A stretch of DNA of 64,000 nucleotides from Cryomorpha ignava (GTDB lineage: Bacteria; Bacteroidota; Bacteroidia; Flavobacteriales_F; PHOS-HE28), in NCBI GenBank assembly GCA_040391235.1, contig JBEBYG010000006.1:52602-116601 (forward strand), in the 5' to 3' direction. Shown here one piece after another: positions 39,269-48,602 of this stretch. The notes beneath the pieces are model-generated. The model ran no database searches and was not told the origin of the DNA. It was given only the letters and a program-made list of their open reading frames with translations. The translations under genes were made by a program, and so were the position numbers. Position 1 is the first letter of the stretch. The number at the start of each line of letters is the position of its first letter.

Positions 39269-41509
39269 CTAATCCTTCACCAAACGCAGCGTCTCCACTT
39301 TGTTCGTCGTGGCGATTTGCACAAGGTAGACTCCGGACTTCAGGCCAGATATATCCAAGATGTTGCTGGTGCCGGAAAGCACTTCCTGCCGCACAATGCG
39401 TCCTTGCACATCGGTGAGCGTGAGCGTGGCAGGTGCATTGTCCAAGCGTTCGATGTGGACCCTTTCACTTACCGGATTGGGGACCAAGCGCGTGGTTCCG
39501 CTTTCCATGGAAGCTATGCCGGTATGGATCACTTGGAAGGGTGCGGAAGTGGCCGAAACACAACCCAGCGCATCGGTTACGACTACGGTGTAAGCCCCTT
39601 CTTCCGTGGCTTCGATGCAGGGTGTGTTGCCTACCGGAAGCGGATCGCCATTGTGATACCACTGCGCGTTCCCGGTGGTGTTCGTGCAGAGTGTTTCGCC
39701 GCTGGAGGTGATGAGCGGGATGGCCGCGATGCTCGGGCAGGCCACACGAGCGCGGTAGATGTCTCCCCAGCGGCCCACGGCGATGATGACGCCATCCACG
39801 ATGGTGGCATCGCCGATCTGTGCGTTGACAATATTCGGTAGGATGGGGCTCCAGTTGATGCCGCCATCGGTGCTGCGTTCGGTCTGCCCGCCGGAGCTTA
39901 CGGCGTAGCCCGTGTCGGGGTCGGTGAAGAAGATGCTTCGGGTGCTTAGTGATGTGCCGCCCATTTGGATCCAGGTGTCGCCGCCGTCGATGGTGCGGTA
40001 GATCCGAGTCCAGCCCAGGCTATCGTTGAGGAAGAAGATGGTGTGGCCACCGCTGGTGCCGGTCATTGCCTGCCAGGTAAGCCCGCCGTCCATGGTGCGG
40101 TAGTCGTCGCCGTATTCGCCAACGGCATAGCCCTGTTGGTTGTTGACGAACCAGAGGTCGCTGATGGTGATGTTGCCTACATCGAGGACGCGTGTCCAGG
40201 TGGCACCGGCGTTGGTGCTGCGGTAGATGCCGCCGTACACCGCGCCGCCGCCCACGAGGTAGGTGTTGGCATCCAAGGTCCATGTGCAGCGGATGGCCAC
40301 GGTGGGGCCGTTGGCGTTGTTGCGTGTGGCGAAGCCGTCGGTGGTGCGGGCGAAGGCGCCGTTGCTTCCGCCCAAGCATCCGTCGCCGCTCGCGATAAGA
40401 TGTACGCCCAGGCCGCCGTTTCCGGCGTTTACCCATGTGCGCCCCCCGTCGGTGGTGCGCAACAGGCCGTTTTCAAAGCCACCGGCGGTCAGGCTGCCCA
40501 CGGCCACGCCGACCAGGTCATTCTGGAAAGACACTTTGTTGAGCACGGTGTGGTAGGTGCCCATGCGCAGTAGTTGCCACGTCGCGCCAAAGTCCACGGT
40601 GCCATAGATGCGGCCATCGGTACCGGTGAAGCCCACGCCTTCCGGGCTCAGCGTAATGCTCTGGTGCAGGGTGGTGCCTGTGCCTACCGTCTGTGCTGCC
40701 CATGTGGCCCCGGCATCGGTGCTGCGCAGGATGCTTCCACCGTTGCCGGCGGCGAGCATCACGTTCCCTTGCTTGGTGAGCCCGAGCAAGGTTTGCGTGA
40801 CGCCGGAGCTGACCGGCACCCACGTGTCACCGCCATCCGCTGTGCGCAGGATGTTGCCGCTGTTGCCCACCACCACGCCGGTGAGCGCATCGCTGAAGTG
40901 GAGCATACGCGAGCCGATCGGTACCGCCGCCGCAGTGGGCTGCCAAGTGAGGCCACCATCGTTGCTGCGGATCACGCCCACGCCGTATGCACAGGCATAG
41001 GCAATATCCGCCGAGGGCATGGAAAGTTCGGTGATGGAGTAGCTGCTGCCGATGCCACTAGTGGTAAGTGTCCAGCTGTCGCCACCATCGGTGCTACGGT
41101 AGATGCGGCCGGCATCGGTGCCGATAAGCCCCAGGGTATTGTTGGCGAACGCGACGCTGCGCAACGTGCCGTACGCACCCGTGCTGGTGGTGTAGTTCTC
41201 GAAGCCGTCCGTGCTGCGGTAGATACTTCCACTTCCGCCCACCACGATGCCGCGCTGTTCATCCCACATGTGCAGCGCATTCGGCGTGTTCACCGAGAGC
41301 TGGTTCATGCGTTCCCATGTGTGGCCACCATCGCGGGTGCGCAGGATCGCGGGTACGGCATTGTTGTCCAGCGCATAGCCAAGGGTGGCGTTCATCATCT
41401 GCACAGCGGGGAATTTGCTGCGCGACTTGATGGCCGTGGTGAGCTCCCATTGCTGGGCGTGAATAGCGGTAAATGAGGCGAAGAGCGCGAGGGTAAGGGC
41501 TTTTTTCAT
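39269..41509 (-). CDS. T9SS type-A sorting-domain protein with multiple BNR/Ycf48-like repeats (beta-propeller)
   Basis: Signal peptide. More than 10 copies of xRSTDGGxTW-type motifs. The C-terminus LVPNPVSERVHIE...LSGTSNILDISGLKSGVYLVQIATTNKVETLRLVKD is a canonical type-A CTD. Confidence 0.85.
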   Translation of the reverse strand: MKKALTLALFASFTAIHAQQWELTTAIKSRSKFPAVQMMNATLGYALDNNAVPAILRTRDGGHTWERMNQLSVNTPNALHMWDEQRGIVVGGSGSIYRSTDGFENYTTSTGAYGTLRSVAFANNTLGLIGTDAGRIYRSTDGGDSWTLTTSGIGSSYSITELSMPSADIAYACAYGVGVIRSNDGGLTWQPTAAAVPIGSRMLHFSDALTGVVVGNSGNILRTADGGDTWVPVSSGVTQTLLGLTKQGNVMLAAGNGGSILRSTDAGATWAAQTVGTGTTLHQSITLSPEGVGFTGTDGRIYGTVDFGATWQLLRMGTYHTVLNKVSFQNDLVGVAVGSLTAGGFENGLLRTTDGGRTWVNAGNGGLGVHLIASGDGCLGGSNGAFARTTDGFATRNNANGPTVAIRCTWTLDANTYLVGGGAVYGGIYRSTNAGATWTRVLDVGNITISDLWFVNNQQGYAVGEYGDDYRTMDGGLTWQAMTGTSGGHTIFFLNDSLGWTRIYRTIDGGDTWIQMGGTSLSTRSIFFTDPDTGYAVSSGGQTERSTDGGINWSPILPNIVNAQIGDATIVDGVIIAVGRWGDIYRARVACPSIAAIPLITSSGETLCTNTTGNAQWYHNGDPLPVGNTPCIEATEEGAYTVVVTDALGCVSATSAPFQVIHTGIASMESGTTRLVPNPVSERVHIERLDNAPATLTLTDVQGRIVRQEVLSGTSNILDISGLKSGVYLVQIATTNKVETLRLVKD

Positions 41510-41608
41510 GCAGATGCCAAAGATGGTTCGAAGCGCGGTACAGCTATGTAGGGGAAAGGTTCATCGCGATCTTCGGGCCAGAACGAAGCACGGGTAGCTT
41601 CGCACCAG

Positions 41609-42043
41609 ATGTTACGTGCACTCTCACTCCTCTTCCTCGGGTTGTTCGTCTCGTTGGGCATTTGCTGTGCACAATCCCACCGCATCGACAGCCTCCACGT
41701 GTTCAAGAAGCTGCCGCCAGGGAAGTACACTTCGGCTACCGCGAACGCGATGGCTTGGAAGCTGGAACGCGAGCATGCACCCTACACCGTGGTGAAAGGG
41801 CAACAGATGAACACCGCTGGAGAAGCCTTCAAAAGCTATGCACCTACTCGACACATTTTCCGAGAGCTACCGGGCTTGCAGCATTTGGCCATGGGCTGGT
41901 CCGGTGGAAGGCCCTTTACGCTCGGCGTGGCGGATGACCTGGACCTGGTGATCAACTTCACGGCACGGACCGAGTACCGGATTTCCGGGATGACGGACCG
42001 CATTCGGGTGCGGGCATTGATCGCGCGGATGATGGTGGAGTAG
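41609..42043 (+). CDS. Hypothetical secreted protein
   Basis: Signal peptide MLRALSLLFLGLFVSLGICCAQ. No family recognised. Confidence 0.4.
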   Translation: MLRALSLLFLGLFVSLGICCAQSHRIDSLHVFKKLPPGKYTSATANAMAWKLEREHAPYTVVKGQQMNTAGEAFKSYAPTRHIFRELPGLQHLAMGWSGGRPFTLGVADDLDLVINFTARTEYRISGMTDRIRVRALIARMMVE

Positions 42044-42103
42044 GGGTTTGGCGCTGCAAGCTCGGCGCATTGGCCCAGAGCCTTCGCTCAGGCTTTTCAT
42101 CAA

Positions 42104-42156
42104 GAATTGAAAAGCGGATCGAGCTTTTATACTTTCTGTCGAATTAATTGAAAAGC
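42104..42156. promoter_or_regulatory. Two direct 12-bp near-repeats (GAATTGAAAAGC / TAATTGAAAAGC) spaced 41 bp apart, upstream of the tonB-like gene
   Basis: Read directly from the sequence. A TAnnTTTC-like -7 element (TACTTTCT) lies between them. Confidence 0.35.
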
Positions 42157-42226
42157 CTTCCCAAGTGCCGCCGTTCGAGGCTGTAACCACGGTGGGACTC
42201 ACGACCTACACGCCTACCTTGCCACC

Positions 42227-42673
42227 ATGCGCTTGCCCATCCTTCCCATGGCCTGCCTGCTTTCCATAGCGGCCCTTGCACAAGAAGTGCCCGATCATAT
42301 TGAGCCGGACACCGAGGTGCCGTTCGAAGCGCTCCCACCCGATACGCTCAGCACATTCACTTCAGTGGAACGGAACGCAGAGTTCCCCGGTGGCTTTTCG
42401 GCCATGATCGCCTATCTGGGGAAGCACATCCAGTACCCGGCTCAGGAGGTAGAGGACCGCATCGAAGGCAAGGTCGTCCTGCAGTTCGTGGTGCGGCGCG
42501 ATGGCTCGGTGGATGATGTCCAAGTATTGCGCGGAGTGCCGGGTGGTAGAGGCTTGGAGCGTGAAGCCGTCCGCGTGGTGAAGACCATGCCCCTTTGGGC
42601 ACCGGCAATGAATAACGGCGTGGCGGTGAACTCATGGGTTACCGTGCCGGTCATGTTCAAGCTGACGAAGTAG
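42227..42673 (+). CDS. TonB-family energy-transducer protein (short form with C-terminal TonB domain)
   Basis: N-terminal hydrophobic anchor. The C-terminus EGKVVLQFVVRRDGSVDDVQVLRGVPGG...EAVRVVKTMPLWAPA...VPVMFKL matches the TonB C-terminal domain. Confidence 0.7.
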   Translation: MRLPILPMACLLSIAALAQEVPDHIEPDTEVPFEALPPDTLSTFTSVERNAEFPGGFSAMIAYLGKHIQYPAQEVEDRIEGKVVLQFVVRRDGSVDDVQVLRGVPGGRGLEREAVRVVKTMPLWAPAMNNGVAVNSWVTVPVMFKLTK

Positions 42674-42780
42674 GCGGAAGGTGGAGCGCTGTTCCTAAGG
42701 AAGCGAGGGCTTCTTGGATCGGGCTATGGCGCTATAAGCGCCTATCTCGCCCGCATCGCGGTGCAAGCGCTGGCGGCACA

Positions 42781-43752
42781 TCACCCCTTCATCACCTCTT
42801 CCACCATCGCCGAGCTGCCGATGAACAAGGGGCAACGCTGGTGCAGTTCCGTGGGCTGAAGGTCCAGGATCCGGGTGGCGCCGTCGGTCGCGCTGCCGCC
42901 GGCTTGCTCGATGATCATGGCCAAGGGGTTGGCTTCGTAGAGCAGACGCAGTTTTCCGTTCGGCTTTTCGGTGGTGCCGGGGTACATGTAGATGCCGCCC
43001 TTCAGCAGGTTGCGGTGGAAATCCGCCACGAGGCTGCCGATATAGCGCGCGCTCATCTTCTTCCTTTTGCAGCCATCGATGTAGTTGCGCACCTTCTCCG
43101 GGAACTGGAAGTAGTTGCCTTCGTTCACGGAGTAGATGCTGCCGTTCTGTGGCACCTGCATGTTCGGATGGCTCAGGCAGAACACGCCGATGCTGGGATC
43201 CAGCGTGAAACCGTTGACGCCGTTGCCCGTGGTGTATACGAGCATGGTGCTGCTGCCATAGACCACATAGCCCGCCGCCACTTGCTGGTTGCCGGGTTGC
43301 AGGAAATCGTCCAACGTCACTTTCTCCGGGTCCAACCGACGGTAGATGGAGAAGATGGTGCCGATGGAAACGTTCACGTCGATGTTGCTGGAGCCATCAA
43401 GCGGGTCCATGGCCACCACGTATTTACCGTCCAACGAAGCGGGGTTATCGAAGACGATGTGTTCATCCTCTTCTTCGCTTGCCACGGCGCAAACAGCACC
43501 CTGATTGCGCATCGCGTTGATGAAGTGATTGTTGGCATAGACATCCAGCTTCTGCTGTTGCTCGCCTTGGATGTTGTGCGCGTTGGCTTCGCCGAGGATC
43601 TCGGTCACCAAGCCGGCCTTGTTCACTTCCCGGTTCACCAGCTTGGCGGCCAAGCGGATGGAGGTGAGCAATTGCGAGAGGTCGCCCGTGGCGAAAGGGA
43701 AATCCTTTTCGCGTTCGATAATGAATTCCGAGAGGGTGGTGATGTTGGCCAT
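42781..43752 (-). CDS. fbp: Fructose-1,6-bisphosphatase class 1
   Basis: Motifs [23 protein letters not shown] and GYVVYGSST. The start is at the internal MANITT. Confidence 0.9.
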   Translation of the reverse strand: MANITTLSEFIIEREKDFPFATGDLSQLLTSIRLAAKLVNREVNKAGLVTEILGEANAHNIQGEQQQKLDVYANNHFINAMRNQGAVCAVASEEEDEHIVFDNPASLDGKYVVAMDPLDGSSNIDVNVSIGTIFSIYRRLDPEKVTLDDFLQPGNQQVAAGYVVYGSSTMLVYTTGNGVNGFTLDPSIGVFCLSHPNMQVPQNGSIYSVNEGNYFQFPEKVRNYIDGCKRKKMSARYIGSLVADFHRNLLKGGIYMYPGTTEKPNGKLRLLYEANPLAMIIEQAGGSATDGATRILDLQPTELHQRCPLFIGSSAMVEEVMKG

Positions 43753-43838
43753 TTCGATCAGATGATCAGATGATTTGATGATCGGATGATGATCATCTTC
43801 AGCACTGATCCGTTGCAAATATCGGCTGTGCGCGATCT

Positions 43839-44327
43839 TTGGGCACCATGGAGATCACGATCCGCAAGGCGGAAGCCCGCGATGTGCCGCAAATGCTGGC
43901 GTTGGTGAAGGAGCTCGCAGTTTTCGAGAAGGAGCCGGAAGCGGTGACAGTTACCGAGGAACACATGCGCGATGCGGGCTTCGGGCCGGATCCGGTCTGG
44001 TGGGGATGGGTGGCTGAAGGATCAGACAAGGGCATTGTTGGCATCGCGATGTGCTACGAGCGCTATTCCACTTGGCGTGGACGTGCGGGTTATTTGGAGG
44101 ATATCGTGGTGACGGAGCAGGCACGCGGCCATGGCATTGGTGAACGCTTGTTCAAGGCCTGTGCTGCGGAAGCGGTGAAGCGGGATTACCACCACATGAC
44201 CTGGCAGGTGCTGGATTGGAACGAAGGTGCCATCCGTTTCTACAAACGTTTGGGCGCCGAGTTGGACCCGCAATGGGTGAACGGTCGCTTGGACAAGGCG
44301 CAGCTCAGTAAACTCGCAGCGCAATGA
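43839..44327 (+). CDS. GNAT-family N-acetyltransferase
   Basis: Acetyl-CoA binding motif [12 protein letters not shown]. 162 aa. Confidence 0.75.
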   Translation: MGTMEITIRKAEARDVPQMLALVKELAVFEKEPEAVTVTEEHMRDAGFGPDPVWWGWVAEGSDKGIVGIAMCYERYSTWRGRAGYLEDIVVTEQARGHGIGERLFKACAAEAVKRDYHHMTWQVLDWNEGAIRFYKRLGAELDPQWVNGRLDKAQLSKLAAQ

Positions 44328-45577
44328 AGGTCTTCAAATTCGGTGGTGCCAGTGTGAAGGACGCGGCGGGCGTGCGCAATGTGGCGGAAGTGGTGAAGCG
44401 CTACGGACTGGACGACCTGGTGATCGTGGTGAGCGCGATGGGCAAGACCACCAACGCGCTGGAGGCGATCACATGGGCATGGCTGGATGGACGCCCGACC
44501 GAGCGCATGGTGGAGGACCTGAAGCAACAACATCAAGCGGTATTGCAGGAGATAGCGCCCGAAGATGCGGCTGCAAGAAAAAAACTCGAAGAGCAATTCG
44601 AAGCGCTGGAAGCAATCCTTCAGGAACGCCCGACTTCCGGGATTGACTTCCACTACGACCAAGTGGTGTGCTTCGGTGAGTTGTGGAGCAGTACGATCGT
44701 ACATGCCCACCTGAATGCGGTGGGCATCACCACCGCATGGAGGGATGCCCGCACCGTGGTCCGTACCGATGCGCGCCATCGCGGAGCTCGCGTGGACTGG
44801 GAAGCTTCCACCCAAGGGGCCGAAGCGTTCCTGGCGGAAATGAAGGGTGTGCCCGTGCGCGTGATCACCCAAGGCTTTATCGCCGGGGCGAAGGATAACA
44901 CCACCACTACGCTCGGACGGGAAGGATCGGATTTCAGTGCGGCCATTTTCGCCTACCTGCTCGATGCTGAGAGCGTGACCATCTGGAAGGATGTGGCCGG
45001 TATGTTCAATGCGGATCCCAACCGCTTTCCGGACACCATCTTGTTGGAGCGGATCAGCTACCGCGAAGCCATCGAACTCAGCTACTTCGGCGCGAGTGTG
45101 ATCCACCCTCGCACACTGCAACCATTGCAGCGCAAGAACATTCCGCTATATGTGCGCTCCTTCCTGGATGCGGATGCCCCGGGCAGTACCATCAGCGAGG
45201 CTACCGATCGCGACACGCTCATTCCTTCCTTTATAGTGAATCCGATGCAGTTGCTGATCAGCATCACCCCGCGTGATCTCAGCTTCATTGTGGAGGAGAA
45301 CCTCAGCGGCATCTTCAAGTGTTTCGCCGATCGGCAAGTACGCATCGAACTGATGCAGAACAGTGCCTTGGCATTCACTGTCGCCGTTGATGATTCGCCC
45401 CGCGCCCGACAGCTGATCGAGGAACTCCGCGTGGATTATGAAGTGCGCCACAACGAGGGCTGCGAGTTGATCACGGTGCGGCATTTCGATGAAGCCACGC
45501 TGAAGCGCCTGCTGAATGGTAAGGAGCCACTGATCGAACAGCGCTCCCGCACCACCGCGCGCTTCGTGGTGAAATAG
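44324..45577 (+). CDS. Aspartate kinase
   Basis: [10 protein letters not shown] start, an amino-acid kinase fold and C-terminal ACT domains. 417 aa. Confidence 0.85.
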   Translation: MKVFKFGGASVKDAAGVRNVAEVVKRYGLDDLVIVVSAMGKTTNALEAITWAWLDGRPTERMVEDLKQQHQAVLQEIAPEDAAARKKLEEQFEALEAILQERPTSGIDFHYDQVVCFGELWSSTIVHAHLNAVGITTAWRDARTVVRTDARHRGARVDWEASTQGAEAFLAEMKGVPVRVITQGFIAGAKDNTTTTLGREGSDFSAAIFAYLLDAESVTIWKDVAGMFNADPNRFPDTILLERISYREAIELSYFGASVIHPRTLQPLQRKNIPLYVRSFLDADAPGSTISEATDRDTLIPSFIVNPMQLLISITPRDLSFIVEENLSGIFKCFADRQVRIELMQNSALAFTVAVDDSPRARQLIEELRVDYEVRHNEGCELITVRHFDEATLKRLLNGKEPLIEQRSRTTARFVVK

Positions 45578-45632
45578 CTTTACAAGACCGTGCTGAGAAG
45601 GCCAAAGATCCCGCTCGCAATAGATTCGCCCC

Positions 45633-46685
45633 ATGACCCGATCGTCTCTCCGACATTTCCTCAACGGTTTGGTAGTGCTGCTCTTCCTGGGCAGTTCCAT
45701 CCCGCTTTCTGCGCAAGCGGGAATGAGTGCGGCGGACAGCCTGAAGGCGGAGATCCTTCAACAGCGCACCACCTTGACATTGGCCGATAGTGTGGGTGAT
45801 CTGCATGCAGCATTCGAGGCCCGCATGCGGTTAGTACCCTTGGTGCGCAGAACGGAAAGTGTCACACTTCTCAAGCAAGCTGCCACCATCGCCGATAGCC
45901 TGGACCGCCCGGATCTCGGAGCCATGGCACATCGCCTGCTCGCCAAGAGCTATGCCAGTGTTGGAAACACTGCCGCTGCCTATGCGGAAACGATCGTGGT
46001 GGATTCGTTGGACCGCCATCGTGAAATGCGGGAGATGGAGCGATCGAACGATCAGCATGCCCGCGTGCTGGACCAGCTGATCGCGGCGCAGGATAGTTCC
46101 ACACAGGCTGGACTGGATCGCGAGCGGAGATTGGCGGTAGCACTGGTGCAGGTGCAAAGCGATGCGCGCAGTTGGATGTGGGTCGCATTGGTCGCTATTG
46201 GGCTTTGCCTCGCGGTGGTGCTCGGGTTGTTCTATCGGATGGGGCGCACCAGCCGGAAGCTGCGCGCCACCATCGAGGGGTTGAGGAAAGAGCTCGACGC
46301 GCTGAAAAGCGCCGGGAATCGGCGTAAGAGTACCGAACCGCGGAGCGATGTGGCTCGGCCCAGCCCCGAAAGCAGGCTTGTAGTCCCCACGCCAACCCCG
46401 GTCCACGATGCCATGAAACCCGTGGCGGAGGGCATGTTCCGTAAAGGAGCACCGGAACGCTTGGCAACCCTGAGGCAGGCGCGTGAGCTCGGGGATAATG
46501 ACAAGATCCTACGCGTAGTAACCACCCTAAAGCCTTTGTTGGTCAGCTTCGATGAAGCACGCTTCTCTCCGCTGTTTGAAAGATTGAAGGCAGCCGGTGC
46601 ACCAAGCAACGCCCAGCAATGGACCGCCGACCTCGATGCATTGGAGGTCGGGGTGCAGGAATTGCTCCGTGCCAAGGATCAGTGA
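45633..46685 (+). CDS. Hypothetical bitopic membrane protein (signal peptide, periplasmic helical domain, 1 TM, cytoplasmic coiled-coil/Pro-rich tail)
   Basis: Signal peptide. Central TM WMWVALVAIGLCLAVVLGLFY. Coiled-coil KLRATIEGLRKELDALK. No catalytic or DNA-binding motif recognised. Confidence 0.5.
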   Translation: MTRSSLRHFLNGLVVLLFLGSSIPLSAQAGMSAADSLKAEILQQRTTLTLADSVGDLHAAFEARMRLVPLVRRTESVTLLKQAATIADSLDRPDLGAMAHRLLAKSYASVGNTAAAYAETIVVDSLDRHREMREMERSNDQHARVLDQLIAAQDSSTQAGLDRERRLAVALVQVQSDARSWMWVALVAIGLCLAVVLGLFYRMGRTSRKLRATIEGLRKELDALKSAGNRRKSTEPRSDVARPSPESRLVVPTPTPVHDAMKPVAEGMFRKGAPERLATLRQARELGDNDKILRVVTTLKPLLVSFDEARFSPLFERLKAAGAPSNAQQWTADLDALEVGVQELLRAKDQ

Positions 46686-47527
46686 CGTTGTGCGAGCAGC
46701 GCCATCGCGGCCTTTGGTCGGTCGGTGATCAGGCCAGCTACGCGCAGTTCCAACATGCGTTGCATATCGGCCTCCTCATTCACGGTCCACACCAAGAGTC
46801 CGATCCCAAGGCCTTGTAGGGCGGCGGCCAGTTGTGCGTTGGCCAGCGAGAATGCAGTGCTATAGTAGTCCGGAGTGAAGGTCAATCGATCCAGGTTGAT
46901 CTCCCAGCCATCCGCATTGTCCACCAATAAGGCCAGCGGGATCCGGGGCGCGATCAGATGCATGGTCTCCAGAATGGCGGTGTCGAAACTTTGGATGATG
47001 CAGTGCTCCGCGATGCCCAAGGCGATCACCTCTTGGACCACCCGTTCTGCGAAGCGCGCCGGAGCCGGTTGATAGCTGCCATAGAGCGCTGGTTCGCTCT
47101 TTACTTCAATATTGAACCCAGGAGTTGGGATAGCGGAATCCTTGGCGAAACCCCTCACGGCTTGCACCATTTCCGCAAGCGTTGGTTTGGGCGCGGAAGG
47201 GATGCCCTTCGAAACCTCGTTGCTCCCGGCAGGGAAGCATCCATAGCGCTGCACCTCAGCCAGCGGTAGTTGGAAGATGTTGATCGCCCGGCCTTCCACC
47301 TCACTGATCGCACGCCCTTCCGGATCGCGGCAGATGAGAGGGTCTATCCAGGGCTCGTGGCTCACCAGCACTTGGTCATCACCGGTGATCACCACGTCCA
47401 TTTCCAGCCAATGACAACCGGTGGCGGTGGCGCGCAGAAAGGCCGGTATGGTGTTCGCCGGAACGGCATCGGCGCAGCCGCGGTGGCCGTGGACCTGGGT
47501 GGAATGGATCATTATCGTGTCGGCCAA
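46679..47527 (-). CDS. Glycerophosphodiester phosphodiesterase family protein
   Basis: Motifs HGHRG...EMDV...SHEPW match the GDPD fold. Confidence 0.75.
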   Translation of the reverse strand: MADTIMIHSTQVHGHRGCADAVPANTIPAFLRATATGCHWLEMDVVITGDDQVLVSHEPWIDPLICRDPEGRAISEVEGRAINIFQLPLAEVQRYGCFPAGSNEVSKGIPSAPKPTLAEMVQAVRGFAKDSAIPTPGFNIEVKSEPALYGSYQPAPARFAERVVQEVIALGIAEHCIIQSFDTAILETMHLIAPRIPLALLVDNADGWEINLDRLTFTPDYYSTAFSLANAQLAAALQGLGIGLLVWTVNEEADMQRMLELRVAGLITDRPKAAMALLAQRH

Positions 47528-47633
47528 GGTAGAGTAGTCAGGGTTCCATTTAGGTCTCCCGCCATTTGAGGCACGCTCGTGTCCTCAGGATCCCCTTCGG
47601 GAGATCACTGAGGGAACTAGTTCCATTAAGGTA

Positions 47634-48602
47634 TCACGCAGTGGACCTTGATGCCCCGGAGGTAGCAGGGTAGTCGTTCAGGATCTTGTCCGCCAGCACA
47701 TTGGCCAACTTGAAATAGCTCTCCGTGGTGATACCGGCCACATGTGGACTGAGCAGTACCTGTTCATTCGCAAAGAGACGCTGGGCCACCTCGTCCGCCT
47801 GCGCCGTGTTCAGGCCCACCAAGGAGCGCTCTTCGAATTCAAGCACATCCAAGCAAGCACCTCGCACTTTTCCGGCATCGATGGCATCCAGCAGCGCTAC
47901 GGTATCCACCAAGGGACCGCGTGCGGTGTTGACGAACCAAACCGGTTTTTCGCAACGCGCAAAGAACTCCGCGTTCGCATAGTGATCGGTTTCGTCGGTC
48001 AGCGGAAGGTGGAGGCTGATCACATCGCTGCGATCCATTAGTTCCTCCAAGGAAACCGGTTCCACTTGCGAATTTCCGAATCCTTCACGGTACTTGTCAT
48101 GGGCCAACACCTTCACATTAAAGCCAAGCAGGCGCTGTGCGAACGCGGTGCCCATTTGCCCGAAGCCGATGATGCCCACGGTGCCTCCACTCAGTTCGCT
48201 CCCGGAATTTCCCTTGCGGTCCCAGATGCCTTTGCGCACCTCGCGATCGGCCTTGGGCAGCTTGTTCATCAATGCCAACAACATCCCCAGCGCATGTTCA
48301 CCCACGGCATCGCGGTTGCCTTCCGGGGAGCTATAGAGGCGAATACCCCGCTTGGCGCATGCAGCACGATCGATGTTCTCCATACCGGCGCCACAGCGAG
48401 CAACGAAGCGCAGCTTCGGTGCATGCTTCATCAATTCGGCATCCACCATCACGCGGCTGCGCACGATCAAACCTTCGGAATCGTGCAGTTGTGCGAGCAA
48501 TTCATCTCCCGTGTAGTCACTGAGGTCCTCGCAGGTGTGGCCAGCAACGGTGAGCCGCGTGCTGAGCACCGCGTGTACGCTATCGATAAAGTTGATCTTC
48601 AT
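47634..48602 (-). CDS. D-isomer-specific 2-hydroxyacid dehydrogenase family protein (PGDH-like)
   Basis: NAD-binding GIIGFGQMGTAFAQRL and a catalytic R...E...H arrangement. Confidence 0.8.
   Translation of the reverse strand: MKINFIDSVHAVLSTRLTVAGHTCEDLSDYTGDELLAQLHDSEGLIVRSRVMVDAELMKHAPKLRFVARCGAGMENIDRAACAKRGIRLYSSPEGNRDAVGEHALGMLLALMNKLPKADREVRKGIWDRKGNSGSELSGGTVGIIGFGQMGTAFAQRLLGFNVKVLAHDKYREGFGNSQVEPVSLEELMDRSDVISLHLPLTDETDHYANAEFFARCEKPVWFVNTARGPLVDTVALLDAIDAGKVRGACLDVLEFEERSLVGLNTAQADEVAQRLFANEQVLLSPHVAGITTESYFKLANVLADKILNDYPATSGASRSTA

Noticed and set aside
41662-42202. Alternative ORFs 41662–41937 (+) and 41867–42202 (-) overlapping the 41609–42043 hypothetical gene
   Set aside because: They have no signal peptide or other features. 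The 41609 ORF has a clean signal peptide. All three are low-confidence and only the best-supported is listed.
47583-47613. Imperfect hairpin (CCTCAGGATCCCC-TTCG-GGAGATCACTGAGG) downstream of the 2-hydroxyacid dehydrogenase gene
   Set aside because: The stem is imperfect and there is no U-tract on the transcribed (minus) strand. It may be a weak terminator but is not convincing.
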